Below are positions 46,243 to 56,300 of a DNA stretch of 64,000 bases, in pieces (position 1 is the stretch's first letter; each line of letters begins with the position of its first letter). Origin of the DNA: Candidatus Eiseniibacteriota bacterium (GTDB lineage: Bacteria > Eisenbacteria > RBG-16-71-46 > CAIMUX01 > VGJL01); assembly GCA_963792585.1 (NCBI GenBank), contig CAWBWI010000001.1:1920001-1984000 (forward strand), read 5' to 3'. Under the pieces are notes generated by a model, which saw only the letters and a program-made list of their open reading frames with translations, was not told where the DNA came from and searched no databases. Both the position numbers and the translations under genes were made by a program.

Positions 46243-47493
46243 ATGCAGGCGCTCGGGTGGTTGATCGCGGCGGGGTTCGCCGTCGCGATCCTTTGGCTCG
46301 TTGTCCTGGCAAGTCGCGCGCGCGCGCGGCGCGCCGAGGCCCTGCTTCTACTCACCCGCCTCGAACAGGAACAAAACAGGATGCTGCAGGGGCTGATCCT
46401 CGCGCAGGAGGCGGCCTCCAGAATTCTCACGCCCGGCGAGCTGGCGGGAACTGTCGGGAGGATCGCGCGTGAGGCGGTCGACCTGCTCGGGGTGGAGGGC
46501 GCCTGTGTCTTCGTGAGGCCGCCGGAAGGGACCGACGAGCCGACCGATCTGTGCGCGGGGCATTTTCCGGACGGGATGGCGGACCCGAGCCTCCCCACTT
46601 CAGAGACGGACGTCGTGCCCGGATTCGGCTCGATTCTCACCATCCCCATCCGCCTCGGCACCGACGTCCTCGGGGAATTCCGTTTGGCGGAGAAGGCGGG
46701 AAGGACGCTGAACGTCCGCGAAATCCACGTCGCGCAGCTGCTCGCCCAGCTGATCGCAATCGCCGCGCAGTACCGGATCCAGCGGAACGCGATCGAGCGG
46801 GCGGAGGAGGACAAACGCCGGTTCATCCTCGCGACGACGCACGACCTCCGCGCGCCGGTGACGACGATCGAGCAGCTCGCACAGACGATGCGGGAAGGAT
46901 ATGCGGGCGAAATTCCCGAGAAGCCGCGCGAGTTGATCGAGAAGATTCACGGCCGGGCGGAACAGCTTCTGGAATTGCTGGGAGATCTTCTCAACCTGGC
47001 TGCGGAGCAGCAGGACATCGGCGTGATGCGCGAGAAGGTCCCCGTGTCGCTGTCGGCGATCTTCGATGCGCAGATCGAGGCGGCGCGCGTTGCGTGCGAG
47101 GCGCGTGGCATCGAGCTGTCGGCGCACCGTCCGGGAATCGCGCTCACCCGCATGGCCGCCAAAGGGGACCTGGAGAAGATCCTGTCCAACCTGCTCTCGA
47201 ACGCCGCGAAGTACACGCTGCCGGGGGGACGGATCGACGCTCGACTCGAGGACTCCCCCGGCGGGATCCTCTTCCGGGTCAAAGACACGGGAATCGGAAT
47301 CCCGAAGGATGCGATCCCGAAGCTGTTCACGGAGTACTTCCGCGCCACGAACGCGCGGGAGATGGAGCGGCATGGGACGGGCCTCGGCCTCGCGCTCGTG
47401 CAGCGCCTTGTACGGAAGTACGGCGGGAGGATCCGCGTCGATAGCGTCCTCCACCGCGGAACGCTGGTGGAGGTCCTGCTCCCGCCGGAATGA
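46243..47493 (+). CDS. Sensor histidine kinase (TM, GAF-like, HisKA, HATPase)
   Basis: HDLRAP, NLLSNAAKY, DTGIGI, GTGLGL. Confidence 0.92.
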   Translation: MQALGWLIAAGFAVAILWLVVLASRARARRAEALLLLTRLEQEQNRMLQGLILAQEAASRILTPGELAGTVGRIAREAVDLLGVEGACVFVRPPEGTDEPTDLCAGHFPDGMADPSLPTSETDVVPGFGSILTIPIRLGTDVLGEFRLAEKAGRTLNVREIHVAQLLAQLIAIAAQYRIQRNAIERAEEDKRRFILATTHDLRAPVTTIEQLAQTMREGYAGEIPEKPRELIEKIHGRAEQLLELLGDLLNLAAEQQDIGVMREKVPVSLSAIFDAQIEAARVACEARGIELSAHRPGIALTRMAAKGDLEKILSNLLSNAAKYTLPGGRIDARLEDSPGGILFRVKDTGIGIPKDAIPKLFTEYFRATNAREMERHGTGLGLALVQRLVRKYGGRIRVDSVLHRGTLVEVLLPPE

Positions 47494-47515
47494 GCGGGGC
47501 TAGAAAGGTCGAGTC

Positions 47516-47995
47516 GTGAAGGCGGAACGGATGAAGATCGGCGGCGTGCTCGTCTCGCAGAAGGTCGGGATGGTCTCGATCGAAGGCACCCCGAACACGC
47601 CCGGAATCGCGGGGATGGTGCTCGAGTCGCTCGGCACGGCCGGAATCAGCGTCGAGTTCATCTCGTGCTGCCCCGACCTGGGAGGCGGCGCCACGATCTC
47701 CGTCTGCGTGGAGATGGCGAGCTTCGATGAAGCGCTCGACAGGATCGAGGAGATCCGCGCCGACGTCGACGCGAAGAAGGTCGTCACCAACGAGGACCTC
47801 TGCGCCCTAGCCGTCTTCGGCCCTCACTTCCGGGAGATCCCGAACGTCGCCTCTCAGGTCTTCAAGGCCTTGGCCGAGGTCGGGATCAACATTCTCGCGA
47901 TCTCGACCTCGGTCTCGTCAGTCACGTGCGTCTTCAAGCAGGACAAGCTGTCCGAGGGCCTCGCCTCGTTGCGCGGCCGCTTCGAGATCCCCTAG
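47516..47995 (+). CDS. Tandem ACT-domain protein (aspartokinase regulatory-domain-like)
   Basis: PNTPGIAGMVLESLGTAGISVEFI and PNVASQVFKALAEVGINILAISTS. Confidence 0.85.
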   Translation: MKAERMKIGGVLVSQKVGMVSIEGTPNTPGIAGMVLESLGTAGISVEFISCCPDLGGGATISVCVEMASFDEALDRIEEIRADVDAKKVVTNEDLCALAVFGPHFREIPNVASQVFKALAEVGINILAISTSVSSVTCVFKQDKLSEGLASLRGRFEIP

Positions 47996-48639
47996 CCCGT
48001 CGTCCGCAGCCCCTTGAGGAGGGTCATCATCTCATCGTGGTGCTGTTGGATCACCGCCTCCGGCCCGACCGTCTTGAAGAACCACGGCCCTCCCGGCCCC
48101 TCGACGACCGCACCAAAGAGACGCCAGCCGGGCTCGTCATAGCTCGGTCCGCCCATCCCCCCCGACTGGTAATGACCGTTGAGAGCGATGGTGGTCACCT
48201 TCAGGCCGGTGGAGGTCGCGAAGTTCTCTGTCTTCGCCTTCGACATCGGGTCGCTGCCGTCGTCCTGCTTGAACTGGCCGGCCCAGCGCTCGAGATTCGC
48301 CTGCGTCTGTCCCCCCTGACCGGAGCCGAAGAAGAATACGGCCAGCTCGCCGTCCTTCACACCCTGGGTCCCGGACGGGATTCGATACTGCGCGGCGCGC
48401 ATCTGGCTAGCGGGCTGCTCCTTGACCCAGCTGGACGGCGCGGTCCAGGCGATGCCGTTCGCCGCGTCGCCTCCCGACGGGGCGCTCTGCGACATTCCAG
48501 GCATCCCGGCAGGCTTGCTCGCGGCCGGAGTGGAATGGCTGTCGGTGGAGCCGGCGCGCTCCGTGTTCTGGCTGCAGCCGGCGAAGGCGACGATGACGAC
48601 CAGCAAGAGCGCGGCCGTCGAGATCTTCAGACGGATCAT
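47992..48639 (-). CDS. Lipoprotein of unknown function
   Basis: Lipobox FAGC; MRAAQY, ANLERWAGQF, WFFKTVGP. Confidence 0.75.
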   Translation of the reverse strand: MIRLKISTAALLLVVIVAFAGCSQNTERAGSTDSHSTPAASKPAGMPGMSQSAPSGGDAANGIAWTAPSSWVKEQPASQMRAAQYRIPSGTQGVKDGELAVFFFGSGQGGQTQANLERWAGQFKQDDGSDPMSKAKTENFATSTGLKVTTIALNGHYQSGGMGGPSYDEPGWRLFGAVVEGPGGPWFFKTVGPEAVIQQHHDEMMTLLKGLRTTG

Positions 48640-48845
48640 GGGACCCTCCCCTTTCACGCGTGTCGATCGATTACGGACAACCCGGCAGTATACAGCGGAC
48701 CGATGATCGGGGGGACGACAACCTCGCGCGCCTGTCGTAGGATCGCCGCCATGGCATGGGACGGCGGCTTGCGGCGCGCGGGCGCTATGGGGTGCGAAGG
48801 CGGTTTAGGACGCGACGGCGTTTTGCGATGAGACGGGGGTCTGCG

Positions 48846-50621
48846 ATGAGACGGGACCGCGCCGCCGATCTGTTGCCGTGGCTCGCGGGGTTCCTCGCGA
48901 TCGCGGCGGCGCTTCCATCCCTCGGTGGCACCTTCGTCTGGGACGACCGCTGGCTGATTCTCCAGAGCCCGCTCCGGCACGATCCCGGGCTTCTCCCCCG
49001 CCTGTTGATCGAGGGTCATGGCTGGGGAACGATGACCATGCCCGAAGATGCGACGGTCTACTACCGGCCGTTGGCGACCCTGTTGCACGGCATCATGATC
49101 CTCATCTTCGGCCCGAACCCTCTGCCGTTCCGGGTGGTGTCGATCGGCCTCCACGCGGCCTCGAGCGTCGTCCTGGGCCTCTTCCTCGCGCGACGGGCGC
49201 CGCGGGCCGCCGCTGCGGCCCTGGTCTTCGCCGTCCACCCCGCGCTCGCTGATGCTTTCGGGTGGATCTCGGCCGCACCGGATCTCCTCGCGGCGGGATT
49301 CCTGATTTCGACACTGATCCTGTTGGATCGCGGGCGCGGGGCGCTCGCAGCGCTCTGCTGGTTTCTTGGATTGATGTCCAAGGAATCGGCGATCGTTGGT
49401 GCGCTGTGGATTCCGCTGCTGACGATCTGCGGCGTCATCGAGCGGCCCGGACGCCGGAGCTGGATCGCGCTCGGCGCGGCCCTCGGCCTCTATCTCGCGG
49501 CGCGCGGTCTCACGGTCGGTTTCGAACGGGGCGCGGTCGAATATCCCGCGGGGGTCGCGGCGAGCGGGCTGGTGTTGACCGGACGGCTGTTCATCGCGGA
49601 TGTCTTCCGGCTCCTCGTCCCCGTACGGCTCACGCTCGAGGCGCCGGTGTGGGTGACCGCGCGCGGGAGCGGCGCGGGCGGTATCGCGGGGATCATCGTG
49701 ATGATCGCCCTCGCGGGAGGGGCGTGGGCTCTTCTGCGCCGGACCGGGGGCGCTGTGCGCGGCCTCGCGCTCGCCTATCTCCTGTGCCTCACCGCCCTCT
49801 TGCCCGTCATGCAGATCGTCCCTACGAATGACATCTTCGGCGGCCGCTTCCTCGTTCTGCCCGCGATGGGGCTGTGCATGGGCGCGGGGCTCGCGATCGC
49901 CTGGATCCGCGGTCCCATACCGCGCGCGGTCGTCGTCGCCTTCGCTGCCTTGATCCTCCTGATGGGCGTGCGCACGGGACTGCGCGCGGGAGAGTGGGTG
50001 AACGAGGAGCGGCTCTTCGGCGGGGAATTCCGTCGCCAGCCAGACTCCATCCGGGCGAGGTTGAGCTGGGCGAGCTATCTCATCGGCGCTGGCCGGATCG
50101 CCGAAGCGGCGCCGGTCATCGAGGGAACGCGCGCGCTTCTGCCCGATCATCCCAGGGTTCGCTACCAACAGGCGCTCCTGTGGATGAACCAGGGACGCGT
50201 CGGCGAGGCGGAAGCGACGTTTCGCGATCTTCTGACGAACTGGAAGCGGACACCCACGCTGCTCGCGAACCTCGCGGGCTGCCAGATGCGACTCGGCAGG
50301 ATCGAGGAAGGCCTCGCCACGCTCGATGAGGCGACGCGCGTTTCCGCGCCGACTCCGGGGATGCGAAACAACCGCGGCATCGCGTTGATGCGCCTGGGGC
50401 GCCTGGGCGAAGCCCGGCGGGAGTTCGAGGCGGCCATAGCCGAGGATCCCAGCTACGCGCCCGCGCGCGTGAACCTGATCTTCCTGCTCGCGCGCGACCG
50501 CGACACCCAGCCCGCCGCGCGGGGCGCCGCCGATGAGTTCCTGCGCCTGTTCCCCGACGCGCCGGAGGCCGCACGCGTGCGCGCCCTGGTGGACACGCTC
50601 GGGATGGGTGGGAAGCGTTAG
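48846..50621 (+). CDS. TMTC-like GT-C membrane protein with C-terminal TPRs
   Basis: FVWDD, YYRPL, FAVHP, SKESA, multiple TMs, TPR helices. Confidence 0.8.
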   Translation: MRRDRAADLLPWLAGFLAIAAALPSLGGTFVWDDRWLILQSPLRHDPGLLPRLLIEGHGWGTMTMPEDATVYYRPLATLLHGIMILIFGPNPLPFRVVSIGLHAASSVVLGLFLARRAPRAAAAALVFAVHPALADAFGWISAAPDLLAAGFLISTLILLDRGRGALAALCWFLGLMSKESAIVGALWIPLLTICGVIERPGRRSWIALGAALGLYLAARGLTVGFERGAVEYPAGVAASGLVLTGRLFIADVFRLLVPVRLTLEAPVWVTARGSGAGGIAGIIVMIALAGGAWALLRRTGGAVRGLALAYLLCLTALLPVMQIVPTNDIFGGRFLVLPAMGLCMGAGLAIAWIRGPIPRAVVVAFAALILLMGVRTGLRAGEWVNEERLFGGEFRRQPDSIRARLSWASYLIGAGRIAEAAPVIEGTRALLPDHPRVRYQQALLWMNQGRVGEAEATFRDLLTNWKRTPTLLANLAGCQMRLGRIEEGLATLDEATRVSAPTPGMRNNRGIALMRLGRLGEARREFEAAIAEDPSYAPARVNLIFLLARDRDTQPAARGAADEFLRLFPDAPEAARVRALVDTLGMGGKR

Positions 50622-51550
50622 CGCTTACCGAGGTTCCTGAGGAGTTCCCCGAGCAAGCGTTCCTGCGCTGCGTAAGGCATCTCTCCGTGAACGCCGGCGA
50701 CGAATCGACCCTGGGCGACGGCCGTTCCCCTTCCTTTCTCGGATTCCAGGAAGCGCAACCCCGCAGGTTGGATCGCCGGCACTCCCCGGTCGATCGTTTC
50801 GCGCTTCGCGTGGTGGGCTCGCAGGCGGGCGATCGCCTCGGTGGCGGCCGCCGCCGTCCCGGCGTCGCAGAAGAAGAGCTCTCCCTGCGTGCCGTCGGTC
50901 TCGTAGGTCGCCAGGATCCCTCCGCGCAGGAACGCGTGCCCGAGCAGGTCGAGGGGCACATAGCGTTCGCTCTGAGGCAGGAGACCATCCTTCGGTAGTG
51001 GATCGATGATGGGTGGAAGAGAACCTCCTCCCGCCGAGCCGGCACAAACGTGCGCCACAAGATGTTCCATCATGTCGACCAGAACCGGACGGTCATCGTC
51101 CACCTCCGCATGAATGAAGAGGCCTCTTTTCCACGCCGCCGCCAGGGTGCCGGAGCGACGTCCCTCGACGCCCCAGTCACGGCGAGCGGCCGCGGTGGTC
51201 AGTCCGCTCCGGTAGATCCCGAACGCGCCCAGATCGCTCCCCATGTCGAAGAGATCGAGGGTTACGCAGGCAAGAGAGTCCACCCCCAAGCGGTAGCGCA
51301 CGTGAGCGAGGGCTCGGAATCCGTAGGACAGATATCTCTCGGCCCCGCCGTCCATGTACTCGAAGAGATCGTCGGGGCCGTACCCGACGGGTCCTTCGGC
51401 GACCGCCCACCCCCGGAGCGCGGAAGCTGGTGGAAGGAGCGCCGCAAGGTCGTCGGCGGCCGGCGCAGGCCACGCGGGACCCGCCGCGAGGGCGAGCAGC
51501 ATCACGGCGGCGGCAACGGAGCGCGCGATGGGAGCGGCCATCGTCCTCAT
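50618..51550 (-). CDS. DUF6599-like exported protein
   Basis: LFEYMDGGAERYLSYGF, DMGSDLGAFGIY; ATGA-coupled to the AKR gene. Confidence 0.7.
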   Translation of the reverse strand: MRTMAAPIARSVAAAVMLLALAAGPAWPAPAADDLAALLPPASALRGWAVAEGPVGYGPDDLFEYMDGGAERYLSYGFRALAHVRYRLGVDSLACVTLDLFDMGSDLGAFGIYRSGLTTAAARRDWGVEGRRSGTLAAAWKRGLFIHAEVDDDRPVLVDMMEHLVAHVCAGSAGGGSLPPIIDPLPKDGLLPQSERYVPLDLLGHAFLRGGILATYETDGTQGELFFCDAGTAAAATEAIARLRAHHAKRETIDRGVPAIQPAGLRFLESEKGRGTAVAQGRFVAGVHGEMPYAAQERLLGELLRNLGKR

Positions 51551-52737
51551 GCTCCTGCGGAGCCGAGAAGCCGGTGGGCTTCGACCAGTTCGGTGCGCAC
51601 GCGCCGGCCGAAGGGACACGCCGCGTCGCATGGACCCGCGCATGCGGTGCAGGGGGCGGCCGATCCGCTGCGGGCGAGGGAGCGATACCGGCGCGTTCCG
51701 TCCTCGGCCATGTCGTAGTACTTGGAGTACATCGCGTAGCGCATCACGTCGGCCACCGCGACCCCGTTCGGACAGACCCCCTCGCAGGACTTACAGAACC
51801 GGCAGTACTGATCGCGCACCGCATCGCGATATCGGGCAAGCATGGCCTCCTCGGCCCGCGTCGGCATTGACCCCACGGCGGCAATGCACTCCTCCAGGCG
51901 ATCGAAGTTGGTGATCGTGACCGCGACACTCGAGAGATCCGCGTTGGTGAGCGCCCACTTCACCGCGGCTTGGCGGAGAGACAATCCACCGGCCTCGAGG
52001 TCCGGAACGTCCTTCTGACGGTTGCCCGCGTTCGTCTTGAAAACGACGGTGCCGATTCCCCGTTGGGCGGCCCGATGAAGAATCTCCGCTTGATCGGGAT
52101 ACGAGACGAAGTCGTACTTGGTGAGGAAGACCTCGAAGCGGCCGTCGTCGATGGCGGCGTTGAGGCAGCTCTGCATTCCCCCGCAGTGGCCGGACAGGCC
52201 AAGGTACCCGACCTTTCCCGCCTGTTTGGCCTCGCCGATGGCCTCGAAGAACGCATCGTGCCGCAAATCCTCGGGCGAGGAGACGTCGGACATCGCATAG
52301 ATCGCGACGCGATCCGCGCGGAGGCGACGCAAGCTGGCATCGATGCTGTTCAGGATGCTCCGGCGGGTTGCGCCGCGCCGCACCACGTTGCCCGTGATGA
52401 CGACCACCCGGTCTCGGCCGCTTCCCAGCGTGGCGATCACCCTCCCGAGAGCCTCCTCCTCCCTCCCGTCCAGATACTCCCCCGAGGTGAAGAAGGTGTT
52501 GATCCCCGCGTCGAATGCCGCCTGCATCAGCGGAGGATTGTCGACCCCGTGGGCGCCGAAGGTGATCTCGGAGGCCTCGAGTCCCGTCTTGCCGAGCGGG
52601 CGGTAGCGCATCTTGGCCTCGCCCGAGCCTCTCGCCTTCCGCCGGTCTGCGGCGCAGCCCCAGACGGCCAGGCCCGAGGAGACCGCGGCCAATTGCAGGA
52701 ACAGCCTTCGACCGATTCCTTTGCGGATCATCGCCAT
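51547..52737 (-). CDS. Aldo/keto reductase with Tat signal and C-terminal Fe-S domain
   Basis: GRRLFL, YRPLGKTGL, SLRRL, YLGLSGH, CRFCKSCEGVCP, CTACAGPCDAACP. Confidence 0.85.
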   Translation of the reverse strand: MAMIRKGIGRRLFLQLAAVSSGLAVWGCAADRRKARGSGEAKMRYRPLGKTGLEASEITFGAHGVDNPPLMQAAFDAGINTFFTSGEYLDGREEEALGRVIATLGSGRDRVVVITGNVVRRGATRRSILNSIDASLRRLRADRVAIYAMSDVSSPEDLRHDAFFEAIGEAKQAGKVGYLGLSGHCGGMQSCLNAAIDDGRFEVFLTKYDFVSYPDQAEILHRAAQRGIGTVVFKTNAGNRQKDVPDLEAGGLSLRQAAVKWALTNADLSSVAVTITNFDRLEECIAAVGSMPTRAEEAMLARYRDAVRDQYCRFCKSCEGVCPNGVAVADVMRYAMYSKYYDMAEDGTRRYRSLARSGSAAPCTACAGPCDAACPFGRRVRTELVEAHRLLGSAGA

Positions 52738-52898
52738 GGGAAACCTCCCCCGTTGTCCAGGCGCCGGCATGTGCGACATCGGAGCCGGTGGACAGCAACA
52801 ACCTTGAACCTGCCTGACGGCAGCGTCAATCATCCCGGCGGCCCGATCCATGCTTCCATCCACGTGCCGGCGGTGGCATTCGGACGAAAGGGGGACAC

Positions 52899-53999
52899 GT
52901 GGGCGATCGGGTATGGTGGGTCCTGCTCTTACTTCTCCTGCCGATCGGTTGCTCGCGCGATCGCCGAGCGTCCCACGGCGGCGTCGCGCCGCCGACGCTC
53001 GAGGTGTCGTGGCTTCATCCCTCCGACGGGGAAGCGCTCGCGGACACGGTACGGATCGAGCTGCAAACGCAGGGTGACGCGCCGGATGGAATCGTGATCG
53101 CGGCGGACGGGGTTTCGGTCGCGACAATTGAAGAGCCGCCGTGGGGGTTCTCGTGGCTTCCCGAGGGTGGGTCGCGGCGGATCGCGCTCACCGCCCACGC
53201 GGGCGCGGTCTCAGCCGGGCCGATCGAGATCGACTGGTCGCCGAATGAAGCGCCCGCCGTCACAATTCGTCTCCCCCGCGGCGCCCGCGGGGTCGATCGC
53301 GGATCTCCCGACTCCCTGCGGGCCGACGTCGTCGATCCTGAGGACGGGCGGCTTCGCGGCACCGCGATCGTGTGGATGTCGGACGTGCAGGGACGACTCG
53401 GCTCCGGCGAAGCGATCCCCACGCGTTGTCTGGTCGAAGGCCCGCACCGCATCCGCGTCGCGGCCACGGATCGGTGGTTGCGCACCGGCTCCGCCGAGGT
53501 TGAAATTGAAGCCTTCGCCTACAGCGACGGATCGACGCCCGAGGGAACGCTCGAAGATGTCTGGCACGCCTGGCTCGCGGCCGATCCGGAGGCATACGCT
53601 CGACTGCTCGCGCCCTCCTATCGATTCCTCTTCTGTCCCTTCGATCGGGAGGGGGATCCGACAATGCCCGTCGACTGGGATCGCGAGGACGAGCTTTCGT
53701 TCTTCCGTTCCCTCGCGAGCGCGCCGGGATCGATCGAGCGGGTCGCGTGGGAAATCGGCTCCGTCCAGGAGGCTCTCATCGACGGCCGCAGGATGGCGAA
53801 GGCGGAGATCGAGGGGATCGAGATTCGGGCGATCGTCGCCGAGGGAGAATCGCTCCGTGTGATCGGCGGGCGCGCCTGCGTCTACTTGGCCCGCGTTGCG
53901 CTCGGCGAGCCATGGACGATCGAACAGTGGAGGGACCGGGGTGGGGATACTGCGGACACGCAAGGGGAGCTACGCGTGGAGGTTCGCCGTCGTCGGTAG
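52899..53999 (+). CDS. Lipoprotein with Ig-like domains
   Basis: LLLPIGC lipobox; NEAPAVTI, DPEDG...WMSDVQGRLGSG. Confidence 0.7.
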   Translation: MGDRVWWVLLLLLLPIGCSRDRRASHGGVAPPTLEVSWLHPSDGEALADTVRIELQTQGDAPDGIVIAADGVSVATIEEPPWGFSWLPEGGSRRIALTAHAGAVSAGPIEIDWSPNEAPAVTIRLPRGARGVDRGSPDSLRADVVDPEDGRLRGTAIVWMSDVQGRLGSGEAIPTRCLVEGPHRIRVAATDRWLRTGSAEVEIEAFAYSDGSTPEGTLEDVWHAWLAADPEAYARLLAPSYRFLFCPFDREGDPTMPVDWDREDELSFFRSLASAPGSIERVAWEIGSVQEALIDGRRMAKAEIEGIEIRAIVAEGESLRVIGGRACVYLARVALGEPWTIEQWRDRGGDTADTQGELRVEVRRRR

Positions 54000-54263
54000 C
54001 GATAGCCGTCGCTTCGCAGATCGGGCCCGGTGGAAATAGGAAGCAGGGAATCCTGTGTCCGAGTGGTATGGTCACGAAGAGAATCGACGCCGAATACTCG
54101 GCCGCCTCTTTCTGCCGCATGTTCAGGTGCAAGTCCCACGGTTGAGAATGAAGACGTTCCCGTCAAGTGCCCGGCAGATCGGAACCTACCTCGTTTCGAT
54201 GAACAGAAGGGAAGCATGAGAATAGATGAAGTCTGCTCGAAGGAGCGGAATCCGTATCCGTCC

Positions 54264-55196
54264 ATGAGCCTCGCGCGCGTCACGGTCGCGTGGATGGTCA
54301 TCACCGTGTTCGTTGCCGCCACGGCGATCGCGCAGGTCACATTCCAGGATGAGAACTTCAACGATGCCGACTGGACCATGACGGTTCTCTACACAACCGG
54401 CAACGGTGGCAGCGGGTCGGCCGGCCAGAGCGCCGGCGGTGGGAACCCCGACGCCCACCGACTCGTGACCCACAACATGAACACGCGTCCGGCGCGGTTG
54501 GGACTCGTGCACGAGCGAGCGGGCGCGATCTACGATCCACAGACGCAGGGCGCGGTCGGCGCCGTAGATTTCTCGTTCGATGCGAAGACGTTCGTCGATC
54601 CCGGATACGGCGGCCAATCGGCGACGCTCACGATTCGGCAAGACGACGTCGTCTATCTTGGTCCGTATTTCGCGAACGGGGACGACGTCTGGCGCAGTAC
54701 GGAGCATGCGGGCTTGGGCGCAACCGATTTCGCGGAATGGGACGCCCCAAATCATCCTGATTTCTCGAACGCCGGCGAAGTGCTTCAGTTCGGGTTCCTC
54801 ACCTCCAACCACAATCCCCCGGATGGGATCATTGGCAGTTCAACGACCATCGTCGGGTATGACAACTGGTCGGTCACCATCGTGACGGCAACGAGCGGTG
54901 TTCAGCCCGGACCGGTCACCACACAGCTCGTGCATGCCGCCATGCCGAACCCATTTGCGCGCGACACCGTGATCCGCTTCACATTAGAGGAGGCCGCGGG
55001 GATTCGCGTGCGGATCTGCGATGCAACCGGGCGCGCCATACGGCTGTTCCAACTGGACCGATCCGCGCCGGGCGCCCAGTCGGTCGCATGGGATGGCCTC
55101 GACTCGGCCGGCCGTCCGACGCCCACCGGCGTTTATTTCTACAGCATCGATGCCGGGATGCGGACGGCGATGGGGCAGGTGATGCGCCTGCGTTAG
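54264..55196 (+). CDS. Secreted protein with C-terminal FlgD-Ig domain
   Basis: Signal peptide; GGNP motif; PNPF...WDGLDSAGRPTPTGVYFY. Confidence 0.8.
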   Translation: MSLARVTVAWMVITVFVAATAIAQVTFQDENFNDADWTMTVLYTTGNGGSGSAGQSAGGGNPDAHRLVTHNMNTRPARLGLVHERAGAIYDPQTQGAVGAVDFSFDAKTFVDPGYGGQSATLTIRQDDVVYLGPYFANGDDVWRSTEHAGLGATDFAEWDAPNHPDFSNAGEVLQFGFLTSNHNPPDGIIGSSTTIVGYDNWSVTIVTATSGVQPGPVTTQLVHAAMPNPFARDTVIRFTLEEAAGIRVRICDATGRAIRLFQLDRSAPGAQSVAWDGLDSAGRPTPTGVYFYSIDAGMRTAMGQVMRLR

Positions 55197-55359
55197 CTCG
55201 GGCAAGCACGAAGTCGGGCACGGCAGGACAGGTCCGGAGAGGCGCCGGTCGCGGCTGAGTGCGGTGTTGACCGAGTCGGGGAAGGATCGGGGCGGGGAGA
55301 CGGCACACGCACAAGGGGGATTGCGCGTGGCGGTTCGCCGTCTCCCCGGGGGATTCCCC

Positions 55360-56277
55360 TCAATCCATGTACGAGTAGACTTTCCAGGTGCCGTTGCATT
55401 GCACGAACGTCCGGGCGAACGCGACCTCCGCGGGCTGCCCGTCCGCCGTGTGGGCGAGAATCCGCGCACCGTCGTAAAGCGAGAAGTTGCGGTAGGGAGC
55501 CACTCCGACTTCGTAGGCGATGGAATCGAAGATCAGGCTCCTCCCTCCGAACTCATCCATTCCCGCGTTGGCTCCCTTGACGCAGTCCGCGTCGAGGAAG
55601 AACCAGGCATCCGCTGCCTTCAACCGGGTAATCGGACGACTCGCCGGGAACTCGGGCCAGAGGATCTCTCCAAATTCGTCTGCCGTGATCCTGAGCGCGC
55701 TGAGGGCCTTCTTGTCTTTCGTGCGCAGCGCGTCGAGGATCTGCTGCGCGAGTTCGTCGGCGGAAGATGCACCCCCGGCGAGCTCACGATCGACTCTTGG
55801 GGCTTCCCGGCGGCCGACCACGGCCGCGTTTGCCTCGGAATCATTCGGCGGCACGTATCCCGGACTCCCCACGAACGCCGATCGCGATGGCCGTTCTCCC
55901 ATCGGAGCCAATGGAATCTCCGTCATTGTCCCCTCCTGCTCCGCATCCGAGGAATGACCCCGCTCGACCGACGGCTTCTGGGCTGCGGGGTCCGCAACGA
56001 CGTGATCGTTCCCCGAAGGGCGTGCCGCACGGATTGGGGCATCGATCGACGTTGCGGGGGCGGGCTCCGTCGGGGCCGGGGCGACCGGGGAGGCCAGGGA
56101 AGCCGTCGAGGGCGATGCCGCCACCGATACGACGTCCCCCACAGCGCCGTTCCCGGTCGCCGAAACCTGTCGGGCGCCCGGTGCGCCGCCCGACAGCTTG
56201 ATCAGCGCGATACACAGCAACGCGGCGAGGGCAATGCCGGGAAGCGCCAACCATCGGTTCGAACTCTTCGTGTTCAT
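55360..56277 (-). CDS. Membrane-anchored hypothetical protein
   Basis: GGAGG RBS, N-terminal TM, Pro/Ala linker, globular C-terminus; co-oriented after the TBDR. Confidence 0.7.
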   Translation of the reverse strand: MNTKSSNRWLALPGIALAALLCIALIKLSGGAPGARQVSATGNGAVGDVVSVAASPSTASLASPVAPAPTEPAPATSIDAPIRAARPSGNDHVVADPAAQKPSVERGHSSDAEQEGTMTEIPLAPMGERPSRSAFVGSPGYVPPNDSEANAAVVGRREAPRVDRELAGGASSADELAQQILDALRTKDKKALSALRITADEFGEILWPEFPASRPITRLKAADAWFFLDADCVKGANAGMDEFGGRSLIFDSIAYEVGVAPYRNFSLYDGARILAHTADGQPAEVAFARTFVQCNGTWKVYSYMD

Positions 56278-56300
56278 CGTCTGCCTCCTCTCGCTGTAGC

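Noticed and set aside
48750..48857. Short degenerate tandem repeats (TGCGATGAGACGGG twice)
   Set aside because: Only two good copies, no spacers and no clear structure
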